NCBI RefSeq assembly: GCF_001644705.1
Contig: NZ_CP015137.1
Location: 2,070,001 to 2,102,000 of the forward strand
Length of the DNA stretch: 32,000 bases
Reading direction: 5' to 3'
From: Dickeya solani IPO 2222
GTDB lineage: Bacteria; Pseudomonadota; Gammaproteobacteria; Enterobacterales; Enterobacteriaceae
The notes beneath the pieces were generated by a model. The model made no database searches and was not told where the DNA came from. It was given only the letters and a program-made list of their open reading frames with translations. The position numbers and the translations under genes are program-made. Positions 1 through 14,688 of the stretch are shown here, one piece after another; within the stretch, counting starts at the first letter, position 1; every line of letters starts with the position of its first letter.

Positions 1-450
1 TTTCACCACGAAGCTATTCAGGGCGCTGTCATAATCTTCCGCTTTTACGCCAGCAGCCACAAAGACCTGACGAATATCTTCCGGTTTCTTCACGGTCTGA
101 GTTTTCTGAACAGCATCAAACATCAGCGGGCTGACTTTGTCTTCCACACCCAGGGCAATCGCTACTGCCCAGGCCTGAGTCAGCTCCTTACCCAATTCTC
201 CCAGAAAATCGACATGGTATTTGGTTAACTTGGCATCGGCCGGCAGCGCTTTCTGAATGGCGTCAGGAATATGGTAAACCTGAGCGAACTGGTAACAATG
301 CGGGCAATAGAATGAGAAGAATTCCACCACCTGAGGGGATTGAGGAACCGGTTTATCCAGCGTGGCATACTGTTTGCCATCGGAAAAATCAGCTGCTGAC
401 GCACTGAACGCCAACACCATGCCAGCCAGCGCAAGCCATATCTTCTTCAT
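1..450 (-). CDS. dsbA: Periplasmic thiol:disulfide oxidoreductase DsbA (N-terminal ~150 aa; the 3' end runs off the window edge)
   Basis: My translation of the minus strand from the ATG at 448-450 gives [55 protein letters not shown]... It has a signal peptide and the CPHC active site, is collinear with E. coli DsbA, and lies downstream of srkA as in E. coli. It is absent from the ORF track because it is open at the window edge. Confidence 0.9.
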   Translation of the reverse strand, partial: MKKIWLALAGMVLAFSASAADFSDGKQYATLDKPVPQSPQVVEFFSFYCPHCYQFAQVYHIPDAIQKALPADAKLTKYHVDFLGELGKELTQAWAVAIALGVEDKVSPLMFDAVQKTQTVKKPEDIRQVFVAAGVKAEDYDSALNSFVVK

Positions 451-473
451 ATTCAATGTTATCTCCATAAGTG

Positions 474-1460
474 TCAGTACATCGGTGCCAGCTGCAACGG
501 TGGTTCCTGCAACAGCCTTACCTGTTCAGTAAAAATAGTGGCCTGCTTTGCCCAGAAATCGGCTTCCTGCATCCATGGAAAACTACGAGGAAAAGCAGGG
601 TCATGCCAACGACGGGCCACCCAGGCCAGATAGTGAACCATACGCATGGCGCGTAGCGGTTCGATCAATGCCAGTTCCGCTTCATCAAAAGAAGCAAACT
701 CACTGTAGGCATCCAGCAAAATATCCAGCTGGATGCGCTGCTCCCGACGATCTCCATGTAACAACATCCAGAGATCCTGCACCGCTGGGCCATTACGCGC
801 ATCGTCCAGATCGACAAACAAGGGGCCGTCGCGCCAAAGAATATTACCGGGATGGCAGTCGCCGTGCAGACGTCTGGCTTGCCAGCTCGTATTCCAGTGC
901 AGTTTTACTTCATCAATCAGCCGGGTTGTCGCCGTCAGAAACGGCACTTTTTGCGCGACAGAAATCAGGGGACTGTCAGTTAACGTGGCCAGCGGGTCAT
1001 CAAGGTATTCTTGCAACCCGATAGTAGGGCGAGTTGAAAACAGATTTCGGCTACCGGTCTGATGAATTCTGCCCAAATAACGCCCAACCTCTTCCAGTTG
1101 ATCGTCATTGTCCATTTCATACTGACGCCCACCAACGCTGGGAAACACAGCAAACCAGAAACCATCATGCTCATGCAGCGTGTTACCCTGTAAGGCCAGT
1201 GGCGCCACCACCGGCACCTCATCATCGACCAACTCGGCCGCAAAATGATGCTCTTCGCTAATCTGGGCAGCATTCCAACGTTGCGGCCGATAAAACTTCA
1301 CCACATAGCGTTTACGTTCTTCATCACTGAACTGATAAACCCGATTTTCATAGCTATTAAGCGCTGTCAGGCCGGAATCGACACGAATGCCCACAGACCA
1401 GAGCGCATCCATGATGACATCCGGCGACAGAGTATGAAAATTGAATACGGAATCATGCAT
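474..1460 (-). CDS. srkA: Stress response serine/threonine kinase SrkA (RdoA/YihE)
   Basis: The ORF 474..1469 translates to ...[44 protein letters not shown]..., matching my memory of E. coli YihE along its length. The track start at 1469 is a GTG. The ATG at 1458-1460 gives the E. coli-like 328 aa length. Confidence 0.9.
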   Translation of the reverse strand: MHDSVFNFHTLSPDVIMDALWSVGIRVDSGLTALNSYENRVYQFSDEERKRYVVKFYRPQRWNAAQISEEHHFAAELVDDEVPVVAPLALQGNTLHEHDGFWFAVFPSVGGRQYEMDNDDQLEEVGRYLGRIHQTGSRNLFSTRPTIGLQEYLDDPLATLTDSPLISVAQKVPFLTATTRLIDEVKLHWNTSWQARRLHGDCHPGNILWRDGPLFVDLDDARNGPAVQDLWMLLHGDRREQRIQLDILLDAYSEFASFDEAELALIEPLRAMRMVHYLAWVARRWHDPAFPRSFPWMQEADFWAKQATIFTEQVRLLQEPPLQLAPMY

Positions 1461-1501
1461 GACAAGCACCGCTCCATCGCATCGGGCTATAAATGAAGCC
1501 G

Positions 1502-1771
1502 CTAATCCTTGATAACGCCACGGGCACGCAGTAATGCGGTTTTGAAATCTTCTTCATAATCTTTCTGCAAGCCAGGAATAGGCTGTGCGCTATCTGCGTC
1601 ACGCAATTTTAAATGATAAATAAGGATATCATCAGTCAAATCACTAAGCGCCCCCTCGAACCCGGCTTCCTGTGCAAGTTTTTGTAAAAATTGCACCAAA
1701 TTCAGATCCGGCTCTTTTTGCCAGGCCGGATGCAGCAGCTCAATCAATTCATTTACACGATGGCATTTCAT
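1502..1771 (-). CDS. yihD: Conserved small protein YihD (DUF1040), 89 aa
   Basis: The internal ATG at 1769-1771 gives [40 protein letters not shown]..., the YihD family size and sequence. The 26-codon upstream extension in the track ORF is not homologous. Confidence 0.85.
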   Translation of the reverse strand: MKCHRVNELIELLHPAWQKEPDLNLVQFLQKLAQEAGFEGALSDLTDDILIYHLKLRDADSAQPIPGLQKDYEEDFKTALLRARGVIKD

Positions 1772-1866
1772 TATCACTACCTCAAATATTAATGACCGTT
1801 TAACTAGTATGGGGAAAGGGCTTGGCCTCGCGCCATACTTTTCCGACAATAACGCATCAATTCATT

Positions 1867-2457
1867 ATGGATACCAATACGATGATAACAGGTGTGATTC
1901 TGGCCGGTGGCCAGTCATCCCGCATGGGAGGAAATGATAAAGGGTTGATTGAACTGGAGGGCAAACCGCTCTATCAGCACGTTCTTGATCGTCTGAAGCC
2001 GCAGGTCGATACCCTGCTTATCAACGCTAATCGTCATCAGGAACGTTATCAGCAAAGCGGTTATCCGGTGATCGGTGATATTAACCGTAATTTTTCTGGC
2101 CCGTTGGCCGGTATTTTTACCGGATTAAGCATCGCCAAAACAGACTGGGTCGTATTTGTTCCCTGTGACGTCCCCGCTTTGCCTGTTGACCTGGTTTCCC
2201 GGTTGCTGCAATTCAATGATAATCATCTTGCCGCCTATGCTACGGATGGATCTCGCGAACATCCGACATTATTGGCGATCCACACTTCGCTGCTTAGAAA
2301 GCTGGACGTTTATCTGAGCAAGGGTGACCGAAAATTGATGCTGTTTCTGGAGCAGGTAGAGGCAAAAGCCGTTTCTTTTGCGGATCAGCCTTTATCGTTT
2401 CGTAACCTCAATACGCCAGAGGATCTGGCTCACTGGCAGGAGCCGCACCATGACTGA
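1867..2457 (+). CDS. mobA: Molybdenum cofactor guanylyltransferase MobA
   Basis: MDTNTMITGVILAGGQSSRMGGNDKGLIELEGKPLYQHV... aligns with the E. coli MobA N-terminus (..ITGVVLAGGKARRMGG..). The track ORF starts at a TTG (1822); I prefer the ATG at 1867. The stop overlaps the mobB start. Confidence 0.9.
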   Translation: MDTNTMITGVILAGGQSSRMGGNDKGLIELEGKPLYQHVLDRLKPQVDTLLINANRHQERYQQSGYPVIGDINRNFSGPLAGIFTGLSIAKTDWVVFVPCDVPALPVDLVSRLLQFNDNHLAAYATDGSREHPTLLAIHTSLLRKLDVYLSKGDRKLMLFLEQVEAKAVSFADQPLSFRNLNTPEDLAHWQEPHHD

Positions 2458-2977
2458 TATACCGCTTCTGGCTATTGCTGCTCACAGTGGTACAGGCAAA
2501 ACCACCTTACTCAAGCAGCTCATTCCATTGCTGAGCGCGATGGAAATTCGGGTGGGTATCATCAAGCATACGCACCACGATATGGATGTCGATAAACCGG
2601 GTAAGGACAGCTATGAGCTACGCAAGGCCGGTGCTGACCAGACACTGGTTGCCAGCAATACTCGCTGGGCGTTGATGACCGAAACACCGGAACAGCAGGA
2701 ACCCAATCTGCACTTCCTGGCCAGCAGAATGGACAGCTCAACGCTGGATTTGATTCTGGTAGAAGGCTTCAAACACGAACCAGTCGATAAAATCCTGCTC
2801 TACCGTCATGACTCAGGGCGTGATGCCGCGGCGTTGGTCGATGCCGACACGCTGGCCGTGGCCACCGATACCCCCTTAACCCTCGCCCTGCCCTGTCTGG
2901 ATCTCAACCAGCCGGCGCAGATCGCCGCGTTTATCCGCGACTGGCTGCGAAGAAGAACCGGCTCCGCCGGAGACTGA
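2450..2977 (+). CDS. mobB: Molybdopterin-guanine dinucleotide biosynthesis adaptor MobB (P-loop GTPase)
   Basis: MTDIPLLAIAAHSGTGKTTLLKQLIPLL... contains a Walker A motif. The ATG at 2450 overlaps the mobA stop (2455-2457), which suggests translational coupling. mobA-mobB order is as in E. coli. Confidence 0.9.
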   Translation: MTDIPLLAIAAHSGTGKTTLLKQLIPLLSAMEIRVGIIKHTHHDMDVDKPGKDSYELRKAGADQTLVASNTRWALMTETPEQQEPNLHFLASRMDSSTLDLILVEGFKHEPVDKILLYRHDSGRDAAALVDADTLAVATDTPLTLALPCLDLNQPAQIAAFIRDWLRRRTGSAGD

Positions 2978-3094
2978 GCGCGTATTGAGTGGGGGAGTTA
3001 TCGCCCGACAGGCATAAAAAAAGACAGGCACGCCGCAGAAGAGCCACACCGGCCGAAGGAGAGCGGGCCGGGCCATCCGCCTGCGCCCCATAGC

Positions 3095-3120
3095 AAAAAA
3101 CCCCCGGCGTTAACCGGGGG
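3095..3120 (-). terminator. Rho-independent terminator of the rrn operon
   Basis: The minus strand reads CCCCCGGTTAACGCCGGGGG followed by TTTTTT, an 8-bp GC stem with a U-tract, lying 11 nt after the 5S 3' end. Confidence 0.75.
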
Positions 3121-3131
3121 TTCCTTAGGTG

Positions 3132-3251
3132 ATGCCTGGCAGTTCCCTACTCTCGCATGGGGAGACCCCACACTACCATCGGCGCTACGGCGTTTCACTT
3201 CTGAGTTCGGCATGGGGTCAGGTGGGACCACCGCGCTCTCGCCGCCAGGCA
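3132..3251 (-). rRNA. rrf: 5S ribosomal RNA (120 nt)
   Basis: The reverse complement matches E. coli 5S almost base for base (TGCCTGGCGGC...GGGAACTGCCAGGCAT). Confidence 0.95.
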
Positions 3252-3358
3252 AATTCTTTTCATTCCCGCCGTCACACACCCTCGTGCAACCACCGGAACC
3301 AATCCTCGAACAAGCCAAATCGCTTTCGTCTCTCTCACCAAAACACCTTCGGTGTTGT

Positions 3359-6267
<2,909 letters not shown>

Positions 6268-6372
6268 TCACAACCCGAAAGTGTCTCGGGATGCGGGTAT
6301 ATTGAGAGACTCGACCAGCACACAAACTCACGCTTGCATGCCGTCGTTTCAAATTATTCAGCTTGTTCCGGA

Positions 6373-6385
6373 TTGTTAAAGAGCA
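6373..6385 (-). promoter_or_regulatory. boxA antitermination element in the spacer upstream of 23S
   Basis: The minus strand reads TGCTCTTTAACAA, the canonical rrn boxA. Confidence 0.6.
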
Positions 6386-6436
6386 GAATACTTCGCAGCA
6401 TACTGTCGCCAGTATACTCTGAAGTCATTCGTAATA

Positions 6437-6512
6437 TGGTGGAGCTATGCGGGATCGAACCGCAGACCTCCTGCGTGCAAAGCAGGCGCTCTCCCAGCTG
6501 AGCTATAGCCCC
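6437..6512 (-). tRNA. alaT: tRNA-Ala (anticodon UGC), encoded CCA
   Basis: The reverse complement GGGGCTATAGCTCAGCTGGGAGAGCGCCTGCTTTGCACGCAGGAGGTCTGCGGTTCGATCCCGCATAGCTCCACCA matches E. coli tRNA-Ala(UGC) as I recall it. Confidence 0.97.
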
Positions 6513-6619
6513 ATCGACGTCGTTAAACCTTTGCCACAACTTCTTCCGAGACAAGGCGCGCAACGACGACGCATACATCAGTATGCGAGTGATCCGGCAA
6601 CACAGTATCAGGAGAAACG

Positions 6620-6696
<77 letters not shown>

Positions 6697-6765
6697 ATAA
6701 GGTTTCACTGCTCGATTACTTCATCAGACAATCTGTGTGGACACCACGCAGGCACTTCAACTCGG

Positions 6766-8307
<1,542 letters not shown>

Positions 8308-8450
8308 AAAGTTTGATGCTGCTTCCGAAGAAGCGGTGCTCAAAGAATTTACTGTTAGTTCATATGAATTAACTGTTGTCACTCTTCAAGACTTTCACAT
8401 AATTTTTTAGTGAAGTGTCCTGCGAGTGCCCACACAGATTGTCTGATTGA

Positions 8451-8463
8451 TTGTTAAAGAGCA
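8451..8463 (-). promoter_or_regulatory. Leader boxA antitermination element
   Basis: The minus strand reads TGCTCTTTAACAA, between the promoters and the mature 16S 5' end. Confidence 0.7.
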
Positions 8464-8501
8464 GTGCGACCGGCTTACAGCCTGCTGTCGCGAGGTGGCG
8501 T

Positions 8502-8529
8502 ATACTACGCTTTCCTCCTGCAGAGTCAA
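8502..8529 (-). promoter_or_regulatory. rrn P2 promoter
   Basis: The minus strand reads TTGACT (8529-8524), a 16-nt spacer, then TAGTAT (8507-8502). It is similar to E. coli rrn P2 (TTGACT...TATTAT) and lies about 95 bp downstream of P1. Confidence 0.6.
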
Positions 8530-8598
8530 CGACTTTTTCTCGTTTTCCCTGCCTGACACCGCGCTGCGTTTCCGCTGTTTCCGTGTCAGTGGAGGCGC

Positions 8599-8660
8599 AT
8601 TATAGGGAGTTCTTCTGGCCTGACAAGCGATAAATGCAAAAAAATCATCAATTGGATGGT
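8599..8660 (-). promoter_or_regulatory. rrn P1 promoter with A/T-rich UP element
   Basis: The minus strand reads cTTGTCAggccagaagaactcccTATAATgcgcc. The -35 TTGTCA (8626-8621), 16-nt spacer, -10 TATAAT (8604-8599) and GC-rich discriminator are nearly identical to E. coli rrnB P1. The upstream sequence aattgatgatttttttgcattta is UP-element-like. Confidence 0.8.
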
Positions 8661-8743
8661 TTTCAGGCAAAACGGGCAGGAATACATCAATATGCAGCTT
8701 TTCAGCGGTATAAAACGTCAGAATTCAGGAAAACAATCAGCTA

Positions 8744-9748
8744 CTAGCTTCTTTTGCCGACCGAATCCCGAATGATTAGCTCCGGCGTCAACACCAGTAC
8801 ATTGTGTTCCGCATCCGGGTGTTCCAGCCGATGAAGCAGCGTATCAATCGCCAGTTCGCCCAGTTCATCTTTAGGTTGATGAATCGTCGTCAACGGTGGA
8901 GACAGGTAGCGCGCCAGTTCGATATCGTCATAACCCACAACGGCCATATCGTCCGGGATAGACAAGCCAGCATCGTGTAAAGCACGGTAGACGCCCACCG
9001 CCATAGCGTCATTACTGGTAAAGACGGCTTCGGGCCGCTCCGGCAATGCCAGCAATTGTTGCATGGCGCGAAAGCCGGTCTCGAATTCGAAGTCCCCGAC
9101 CACCTCATAACCGGGGAGGATCGACAAACCCGCCTGGTGCATCGCTTTACGATAACCTTCCAGGCGATTATGCGCGGTGGTTTTATCCTGCGGACCGGCA
9201 ATACAGGCGATGTTGCGATATCCCTGAGAAATCAGGTACTGGGTAGCCATTTCGCCGCCTTGCAGCGAGTTGTCCTTGATGACATCGCTGCTGCCTTCAA
9301 AAGGCGCCCAATCCATCATTACGACAGGAATAGAAGGATAACGGCGAATCATATCGGGTGAAGGCATGTGGCTTTCAGTACACATCAGCAACAGCCCATC
9401 CACCCGTTTCTGCAGTAATGTTTCCAGACTGCGGCTCAGGCGGTGATGGTCGCCTTCCGTATTACACAGAATCAGGCTGTAACCCCGTTCGTAGCAGCAA
9501 CGTTCCACGCCGCGCACCACTTCGGCATAGAACGGGTTGCTACTGGCGGTCAGCAACATGCCGATGGTTCGGGTCTGGTTGATTTTAAGGCTACGCGCCA
9601 GCGCTGACGGCGCGTAATTCAATTGTTCAACCGCTTTCATCACCCGGTCGCGAATGATATCGCTCACATAGCGGTTATTGTTGATAACGTGAGAAACCGT
9701 TGATGTGGATACCCGAGCCAGACGGGCCACGTCTTTCATCGTCGCCAA
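8744..9748 (-). CDS. rbsR: Ribose operon repressor RbsR (LacI family)
   Basis: [29 protein letters not shown]...[12 protein letters not shown] matches the E. coli RbsR N-terminus. The first codon is TTG, 6 nt after a GGAG at the end of rbsK. The ATG at codon 4 is an alternative start. Confidence 0.93.
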   Translation of the reverse strand: MATMKDVARLARVSTSTVSHVINNNRYVSDIIRDRVMKAVEQLNYAPSALARSLKINQTRTIGMLLTASSNPFYAEVVRGVERCCYERGYSLILCNTEGDHHRLSRSLETLLQKRVDGLLLMCTESHMPSPDMIRRYPSIPVVMMDWAPFEGSSDVIKDNSLQGGEMATQYLISQGYRNIACIAGPQDKTTAHNRLEGYRKAMHQAGLSILPGYEVVGDFEFETGFRAMQQLLALPERPEAVFTSNDAMAVGVYRALHDAGLSIPDDMAVVGYDDIELARYLSPPLTTIHQPKDELGELAIDTLLHRLEHPDAEHNVLVLTPELIIRDSVGKRS

Positions 9749-9751
9749 GGA

Positions 9752-10684
9752 TTACTCCTGTGCATTCAGGAAAGCATCAATCTCTTCACGCCAGGGAACC
9801 GAAGGCTGGGCACCATGACGAGTAACCGCGATAGCCGCCGCCGCATGAGCGAATTTAACCGCGGCCTCCATCGGGCGTGACTCCAGCAGAGCCGTCACCA
9901 GCGCGCCATTAAACGTATCGCCGGCAGCAATGGTATCGACCGCTTTTACGCGGAAACCGGGAATACGTTGGCCTTTGCCCTGTTCGCTTAACCAGACGCC
10001 ACGACTCCCCAATGTGATCAATACGGTCGCAATGCCTTTATTATGCAGCACCTGTGCGGCACGTTGCGCGTCATCTTCGGTTTCGACCGTGACGCCGGTC
10101 AGGATCTGCGCTTCGGTTTCATTCGGCGTAATCATGTCCACCAGCGACAGCAATTCATCAGGCAACGAGCAGGCCGGCGCCGGATTGAGGATCACTTTGG
10201 TGCCATGGTCATGTGCCAGACGAGCAGCGGCCGTCACCGTTTCCAGCGGCGATTCCAGCTGCATCAATAGCGCGGATGCATCGATAATTTTCTGCTGATA
10301 GCGATTCAGGTAATCAGGCGTCACCGCTGCGTTGGCGCCGGCGTGAATACCGATCATGTTTTCGGCTTCGACGTTGACGAAAATCAGCGCCACCCCGGTA
10401 GTCTGGCCGGGAATCGCCTCAACGGCGGATACATCGATTCTGTCTTTGATCAGTTGCTGGCGAATACGCTCACCGATATCGTCCGCCCCGACACAAGCGA
10501 TAAATTCGATATCAGCGCCACTGCGCCCGGCAGCCACCGCCTGGTTGGCGCCTTTGCCGCCAAATGCCACACCATACTGTTTACCGATCACCGTTTCGCC
10601 CGGACGGGGAAACTGCGCCAGATTCAAAATATGGTCCGCATTGATACTTCCCAAGACTACCAGCTTGCCTGATTTCATTACCAT
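9752..10684 (-). CDS. rbsK: Ribokinase
   Basis: ...KLVVLGSINADHILNL..FP.PGETV.G..Y.VAFGGKGANQAVAAGRSGA... and the C-terminal TIAAGDTFNGAL / AQPSVPWREEIDAFL are collinear with E. coli RbsK. The start could be 10684 or the ATG at 10678. Confidence 0.93.
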   Translation of the reverse strand: MVMKSGKLVVLGSINADHILNLAQFPRPGETVIGKQYGVAFGGKGANQAVAAGRSGADIEFIACVGADDIGERIRQQLIKDRIDVSAVEAIPGQTTGVALIFVNVEAENMIGIHAGANAAVTPDYLNRYQQKIIDASALLMQLESPLETVTAAARLAHDHGTKVILNPAPACSLPDELLSLVDMITPNETEAQILTGVTVETEDDAQRAAQVLHNKGIATVLITLGSRGVWLSEQGKGQRIPGFRVKAVDTIAAGDTFNGALVTALLESRPMEAAVKFAHAAAAIAVTRHGAQPSVPWREEIDAFLNAQE

Positions 10685-10703
10685 GAACCCCGATGTTGAT
10701 TAC

Positions 10704-10726
10704 GCGCCACCCGTCGAGGGCGGCGC
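10704..10726 (-). other. Intercistronic GC-rich stem-loop between rbsB and rbsK
   Basis: GCGCCACCC-gtcga-GGGCGGCGC forms a 9-bp stem with one mismatch, which becomes a G-U pair in the minus-strand RNA. No U-tract follows, so it is more likely an mRNA stabiliser or REP-like element than a full terminator. Confidence 0.5.
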
Positions 10727-10760
10727 TGTACTGCTCGTGCGGTATTACGCTTTGATGATT

Positions 10761-11651
10761 TTATTGTTTGGTAACCAGTTTCAGGTCAACAGGGATGATC
10801 GGCTGTACTTTTTCGCCTTTCAGAACCTTATCAGCGGTTTCCACGCCGATGATGCCGATCTGCTCAGGGCGTTGCGCCACAGTAGCCGCCAGTTTGCCGC
10901 CTTCTACGGCTTTCACACCGTCGGCGGTGCCGTCGAAACCAACGACCAGCACATCGTCACGACCGGCAGTCTGCAAGGCGCGCAGAGCACCCAGCGCCAT
11001 TTCGTCGTTCTGGGCGAACACGGCTTTAACGTCCGGGTGAGCGGTCAGCAGGTTCTGCATGACGTTCAGACCTTTGGTGCGGTCAAAATCAGCAGGCTGG
11101 CTCGCCAGCATGGCAAATTTGTTTTTCTCGGCGGATTTCATAAAGCCGGCGCCGCGCTCGCGGGCGGCAGACGTTCCCGCCAGGCCTTCCAGTTGAATCA
11201 CCTTGGCGCCTTCACCCAGTTTTTTGGCGATGAAATCGCCGGCGACTTTACCACCGAAGGCGTTGTCGGAAGCCACATGGCTAACCACTTCGCCGCTGGC
11301 GGCAACACGGTCCAGCGTGATGACCGGGATTTTAGCCTGGTTAGCCAGCTTTACCGCATTACCTACCGCGTTGGAATCGGTCGGGTTGATCAGCAGCAGC
11401 TTGGCGCCGCGAACGGTCAGATCCTGCACATTGGAAAGTTCTTTAGCCGGGTTATTCTGAGAATCCAGAATCACCAGATTGTAGCCAAGTTTGTCAGCCT
11501 CTTTCTGCGCGCCATCTTTGAGAGACACGAAGAACGGGTTATTGAGCGTGGAAACGACAAGAGCAATGGTATCCTTCGCCAGCGCATTGGCACTGACGGT
11601 GGCACTCAGCGCGACAGCGGAAACCAGAGTAGCAATCTTCTTCAAATTCAT
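10761..11651 (-). CDS. rbsB: Periplasmic D-ribose-binding protein
   Basis: [60 protein letters not shown]... carries a signal peptide and the RbsB sequence. An AGGAA Shine-Dalgarno lies upstream. Confidence 0.95.
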   Translation of the reverse strand: MNLKKIATLVSAVALSATVSANALAKDTIALVVSTLNNPFFVSLKDGAQKEADKLGYNLVILDSQNNPAKELSNVQDLTVRGAKLLLINPTDSNAVGNAVKLANQAKIPVITLDRVAASGEVVSHVASDNAFGGKVAGDFIAKKLGEGAKVIQLEGLAGTSAARERGAGFMKSAEKNKFAMLASQPADFDRTKGLNVMQNLLTAHPDVKAVFAQNDEMALGALRALQTAGRDDVLVVGFDGTADGVKAVEGGKLAATVAQRPEQIGIIGVETADKVLKGEKVQPIIPVDLKLVTKQ

Positions 11652-11677
11652 ATTTCAATTCCTGTGTGAATGAAAAG

Positions 11678-12646
11678 TTATTTACTGCCTTTGTTATCTA
11701 CCAAAACCGCCAGCAAAATAACCACCGCCTTGACGATCATCTGGTAGTAAGAAGAAACACCTAACAGGTTAAGTCCGTTATTCAGGAACCCCAGAATCAG
11801 AGCGCCGATTAACGTTCCCACCACGCGTCCTTTACCACCCGACAGACTTGTGCCACCCAGCACCACCGCTGCAATGGCATCCAGTTCATAACCCGTCCCT
11901 GCCGTTGGTTGCGCCGATGACAGGCGAGCCACTTCGATAATGCCCGCCAGCGCCGACAACAAACCACACAACGAATAAACCACCACTTTCACTCTATCAA
12001 CGCTGATCCCGGAAAGGCGGGTTGCCGCTTCATTTCCGCCCAGCGCATAGATATAGCGGCCGATGCGGGTATGGTGCAGCATGTACCAGGTTGCCAGGAA
12101 TACCACCGCCATAATCCAGATTGGCGTAGGTATGCCCAGAGGACGTCCGATGCCGAACCAGCCTAACGCATCCGCCGCGTCGGAAAAACCGGTATTGATA
12201 GGACTGCCGTTGGTGTAAACCATGGTCACGCCGCGCAGCAACAGCATCATCACCAACGTGGCGATAAAGGCCTGCACTCGCCCTTTGGCAATCACGATGC
12301 CGGTGCCGGCGCCGATGACCGCGCCCACCGCCAGCGCGGCGAACACCGCCACCAGCGCATTGATCTCAAGCCCAACGATGGAAGCCGCCACCGCGCCGGT
12401 CAGCGCCAGCAGCGACCCGACGGACAAATCAATGCCGGCCGTGAGGATAACCAGCGTCATTCCCACCGCCATGATGGCGTTCACCGAGGTCTGCTGCAGG
12501 ATGTTGAACAGGTTGTTCAGGGTAAAAAAGTTGGGACTCATTGAAGACACCACAGCGATCAGAATCAGCAGGGCGATCAATGATTTTTGCTCCATCAGCC
12601 ACTCTTTGCTGAGCCAGCGCTTTGCTGTGATAGTTTGGGAACTCAT
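11678..12646 (-). CDS. rbsC: Ribose ABC transporter permease
   Basis: The 322-aa polytopic membrane protein is collinear with E. coli RbsC (..WLMEQKSLIALL.LIA.VS..SPNFFT.NNLFNILQQTSVNAIMAVGMTLVILT.GIDLSVGS..). Confidence 0.95.
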   Translation of the reverse strand: MSSQTITAKRWLSKEWLMEQKSLIALLILIAVVSSMSPNFFTLNNLFNILQQTSVNAIMAVGMTLVILTAGIDLSVGSLLALTGAVAASIVGLEINALVAVFAALAVGAVIGAGTGIVIAKGRVQAFIATLVMMLLLRGVTMVYTNGSPINTGFSDAADALGWFGIGRPLGIPTPIWIMAVVFLATWYMLHHTRIGRYIYALGGNEAATRLSGISVDRVKVVVYSLCGLLSALAGIIEVARLSSAQPTAGTGYELDAIAAVVLGGTSLSGGKGRVVGTLIGALILGFLNNGLNLLGVSSYYQMIVKAVVILLAVLVDNKGSK

Positions 12647-12653
12647 GTCTGAC

Positions 12654-14159
12654 TTACTCCTGCTTTACGCCGTATTGCTTACCAACGGCCGCAGCCATCA
12701 GCGTTTCCTGTGTCGCCTGTTCAATTGGGAACTCGCCGCTCAGGCGCCCTTCGTGCATCACGATAATGCGATCGCTCATCCCAAGCACTTCGGGCATTTC
12801 CGACGACACCAAAATGATGCTTAATCCTTCCTGTTTGAACTGGTTGATTAACTGATAGATTTCTTTCTTTGCACCCACATCCACACCACGGGTCGGCTCA
12901 TCCAGAATCAGCACTCTGGGGCGCGTCATCAGGCCGCGGGCGATCGCCACTTTCTGCTGATTACCGCCAGACAACAGCCCAATCGGCTGGGACATGGACG
13001 GCGTACGAATATTAAACATACGGATGAAATCGCTCACCGCCTGCTGTTCATCACCGTGCCGCAGCGACCCCGCGGCGTTGCTGAAATAGCGCAGCGCGGT
13101 CAGGGACATGTTTTCCTTCACCGACATGCCAAGCACCAGCCCGTCGTGCTTACGGTCTTCGGAAATATAGACGATGCCGCTGGCAAGCCCGTCCTGCGGA
13201 CTGCGAGTCACTACATCCTTACCATCCAGATGAACGTTGCCGTGGGTTCGCGGCAGCGCGCCATAAAGCACTTTCATCAATTCGGTACGACCGGCGCCCA
13301 TTAACCCGGCGACACCAAGAATCTCGCCCTTGCGCAGCGTGAAACTCACGTTGTCTACACCCGGACCGGACAATTCGCTGACCTGCAAACGCACCTCGCC
13401 GGGCACCTGATTCAGCCGGGGATACTGTTCTTCCAGCTTACGCCCCACCATCATTTCAATCAGCGAATCTTCCTGCAATTCACTCACCGGGCGTTCGCCG
13501 ATGAACTGACCGTCGCGAAAAACCGTCACGTCATCACAGATTTCAAAGATTTCTTTCAGTCGATGGGATATATAAACGATACCGCAACCCTGAGACTGCA
13601 GTTCTTTAATCACGCTGAACAGCGACGCGGTTTCGGTATCGGTCAACGCATCAGTAGGTTCATCCATGATGATGACCCGGGATTCAAAGCTGAGCACCTT
13701 GGCGATTTCGACCATCTGCTGGTCGCCAATCGACAATTCGCCTACCAGACGGCGGCTGTCATAACGCAGATTCAACCGCTTGAGCAGTTTGTCCGCCTCG
13801 GTGTACATCCGTTTCCAGTCGATGCGCCCCAGACGGTTGGTAAATTCGCGGCCAAGGAAAATATTTTCCGCAATGGTCAGTTGAGGAATCAGGTTCAGTT
13901 CCTGATGGATAATGCCGATTCCTGCTTCCTGAGAGGCTTTTGGGCCGCTGAAATCCACGTCCTTACCCAGAAAATGGATACTGCCGGCATCTTTGCGATA
14001 AATCCCCGTCAGTACCTTCATCATGGTGGATTTGCCGGCGCCGTTTTCGCCCACCAGCGCCATCACCTTCCCCGGATAGACATTCAATGCCGCGCCGGAC
14101 AGCGCCTTAACGCCGGGAAAGGTTTTGGTGATGCCTTGCAATTGCAGTAAAGGTTGCAT
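12654..14159 (-). CDS. rbsA: Ribose ABC transporter ATP-binding protein (duplicated ABC domains)
   Basis: [54 protein letters not shown]... aligns from this Met to E. coli RbsA (501 aa). The track ORF extends 9 codons further upstream into the rbsD 3' end. Confidence 0.93.
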   Translation of the reverse strand: MQPLLQLQGITKTFPGVKALSGAALNVYPGKVMALVGENGAGKSTMMKVLTGIYRKDAGSIHFLGKDVDFSGPKASQEAGIGIIHQELNLIPQLTIAENIFLGREFTNRLGRIDWKRMYTEADKLLKRLNLRYDSRRLVGELSIGDQQMVEIAKVLSFESRVIIMDEPTDALTDTETASLFSVIKELQSQGCGIVYISHRLKEIFEICDDVTVFRDGQFIGERPVSELQEDSLIEMMVGRKLEEQYPRLNQVPGEVRLQVSELSGPGVDNVSFTLRKGEILGVAGLMGAGRTELMKVLYGALPRTHGNVHLDGKDVVTRSPQDGLASGIVYISEDRKHDGLVLGMSVKENMSLTALRYFSNAAGSLRHGDEQQAVSDFIRMFNIRTPSMSQPIGLLSGGNQQKVAIARGLMTRPRVLILDEPTRGVDVGAKKEIYQLINQFKQEGLSIILVSSEMPEVLGMSDRIIVMHEGRLSGEFPIEQATQETLMAAAVGKQYGVKQE

Positions 14160-14166
14160 CAGTACC

Positions 14167-14586
14167 TCAGAAGGTGACGCCGGCACAAAGGATCACATTC
14201 GCATAGGGAGAACATTCCCCGCTGCGAATAATGGCCCGGCTTTGGCCACTTTGCTTTTTGAAATCCTCATGGCTGACGTAATGCAGCGAAATAGTATTTC
14301 CCTGGTGTTGTTCAAGTTGTGCTAACTGTTTCAATAATGCGTCATGGAGTTGCGTATTCTTCTCGATGATTTCCTGCGCCAGAATCGCGGCTTCAACCTG
14401 CATTTCCGCCGTCACCACATTCAGCACCTGCAAAAAGCCGGGCACATTATGGGTCAAGGCCAAATCGATACGGGTTGTGGTCTCCGGAATCGGCAAACCG
14501 GCATCCGCAATGACAATCTGGTCGGTATGTCCCAGCCGGGAAATCACCGATGAAATATCGGAATTAAGTAACGCACCTTTTTTCAT
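14167..14586 (-). CDS. rbsD: D-ribose pyranase
   Basis: [34 protein letters not shown]... is 139 aa, belongs to the RbsD family and is the first gene of the rbs operon. Confidence 0.95.
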   Translation of the reverse strand: MKKGALLNSDISSVISRLGHTDQIVIADAGLPIPETTTRIDLALTHNVPGFLQVLNVVTAEMQVEAAILAQEIIEKNTQLHDALLKQLAQLEQHQGNTISLHYVSHEDFKKQSGQSRAIIRSGECSPYANVILCAGVTF

Positions 14587-14602
14587 TTCTATTTACCCTG
14601 AT

Positions 14603-14618
14603 AGCGAAACGTTTCGCT
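14603..14618. promoter_or_regulatory. RbsR operator (perfect 16-bp palindrome AGCGAAACGTTTCGCT)
   Basis: The core is identical to the E. coli rbs operator as I recall it (tcAGCGAAACGTTTCGCTga). It lies 17 bp upstream of the rbsD ATG, just downstream of the predicted -10. Confidence 0.8.
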
Positions 14619-14627
14619 CGTATGACA

Positions 14628-14688
14628 AGTGTAGAAAAAGAACCGGAGAAGGCAACGATTATCTTATGAAAATGTGATCGTTATCGAA
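14628..14688 (-). promoter_or_regulatory. Predicted rbsD promoter (-10 TACACT, -35 TTGCCT) with an upstream CRP-like site
   Basis: The minus strand reads TTCGAtaacgaTCACAttttc...cgTTGCCTtctccggttctttttcTACACTtgtcatacg-operator. The layout resembles the E. coli rbs control region (TTCGAggttgaTCACA ... TAAACT ... operator). The hexamer assignments are my reading and are not verified. Confidence 0.45.

Noticed and set aside
2876-3318. Minus-strand ORFs 2876..3091 and 2998..3318 in the mobB-5S gap, and a T-run with the GACAGGC direct repeat at 3029-3051 that might be a second rrn terminator.
   Set aside because: The ORFs overlap the mobB 3' end, the rrn terminator and the 5S gene, and have Arg/Gly/Pro-rich nonsense composition. 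I could not draw a convincing stem preceding the T-run, so I call no second terminator.
10356-11669. A 437-aa plus-strand ORF spanning the rbsK 5' end, the rbsK-rbsB spacer and all of rbsB in antisense.
   Set aside because: Over rbsB it is in exact codon register with the sense gene (both on remainder-0 boundaries), and rbsB is a highly expressed binding-protein gene lacking TTA, CTA and TCA codons. It has no motif and no ribosome-binding site. It is a shadow ORF.
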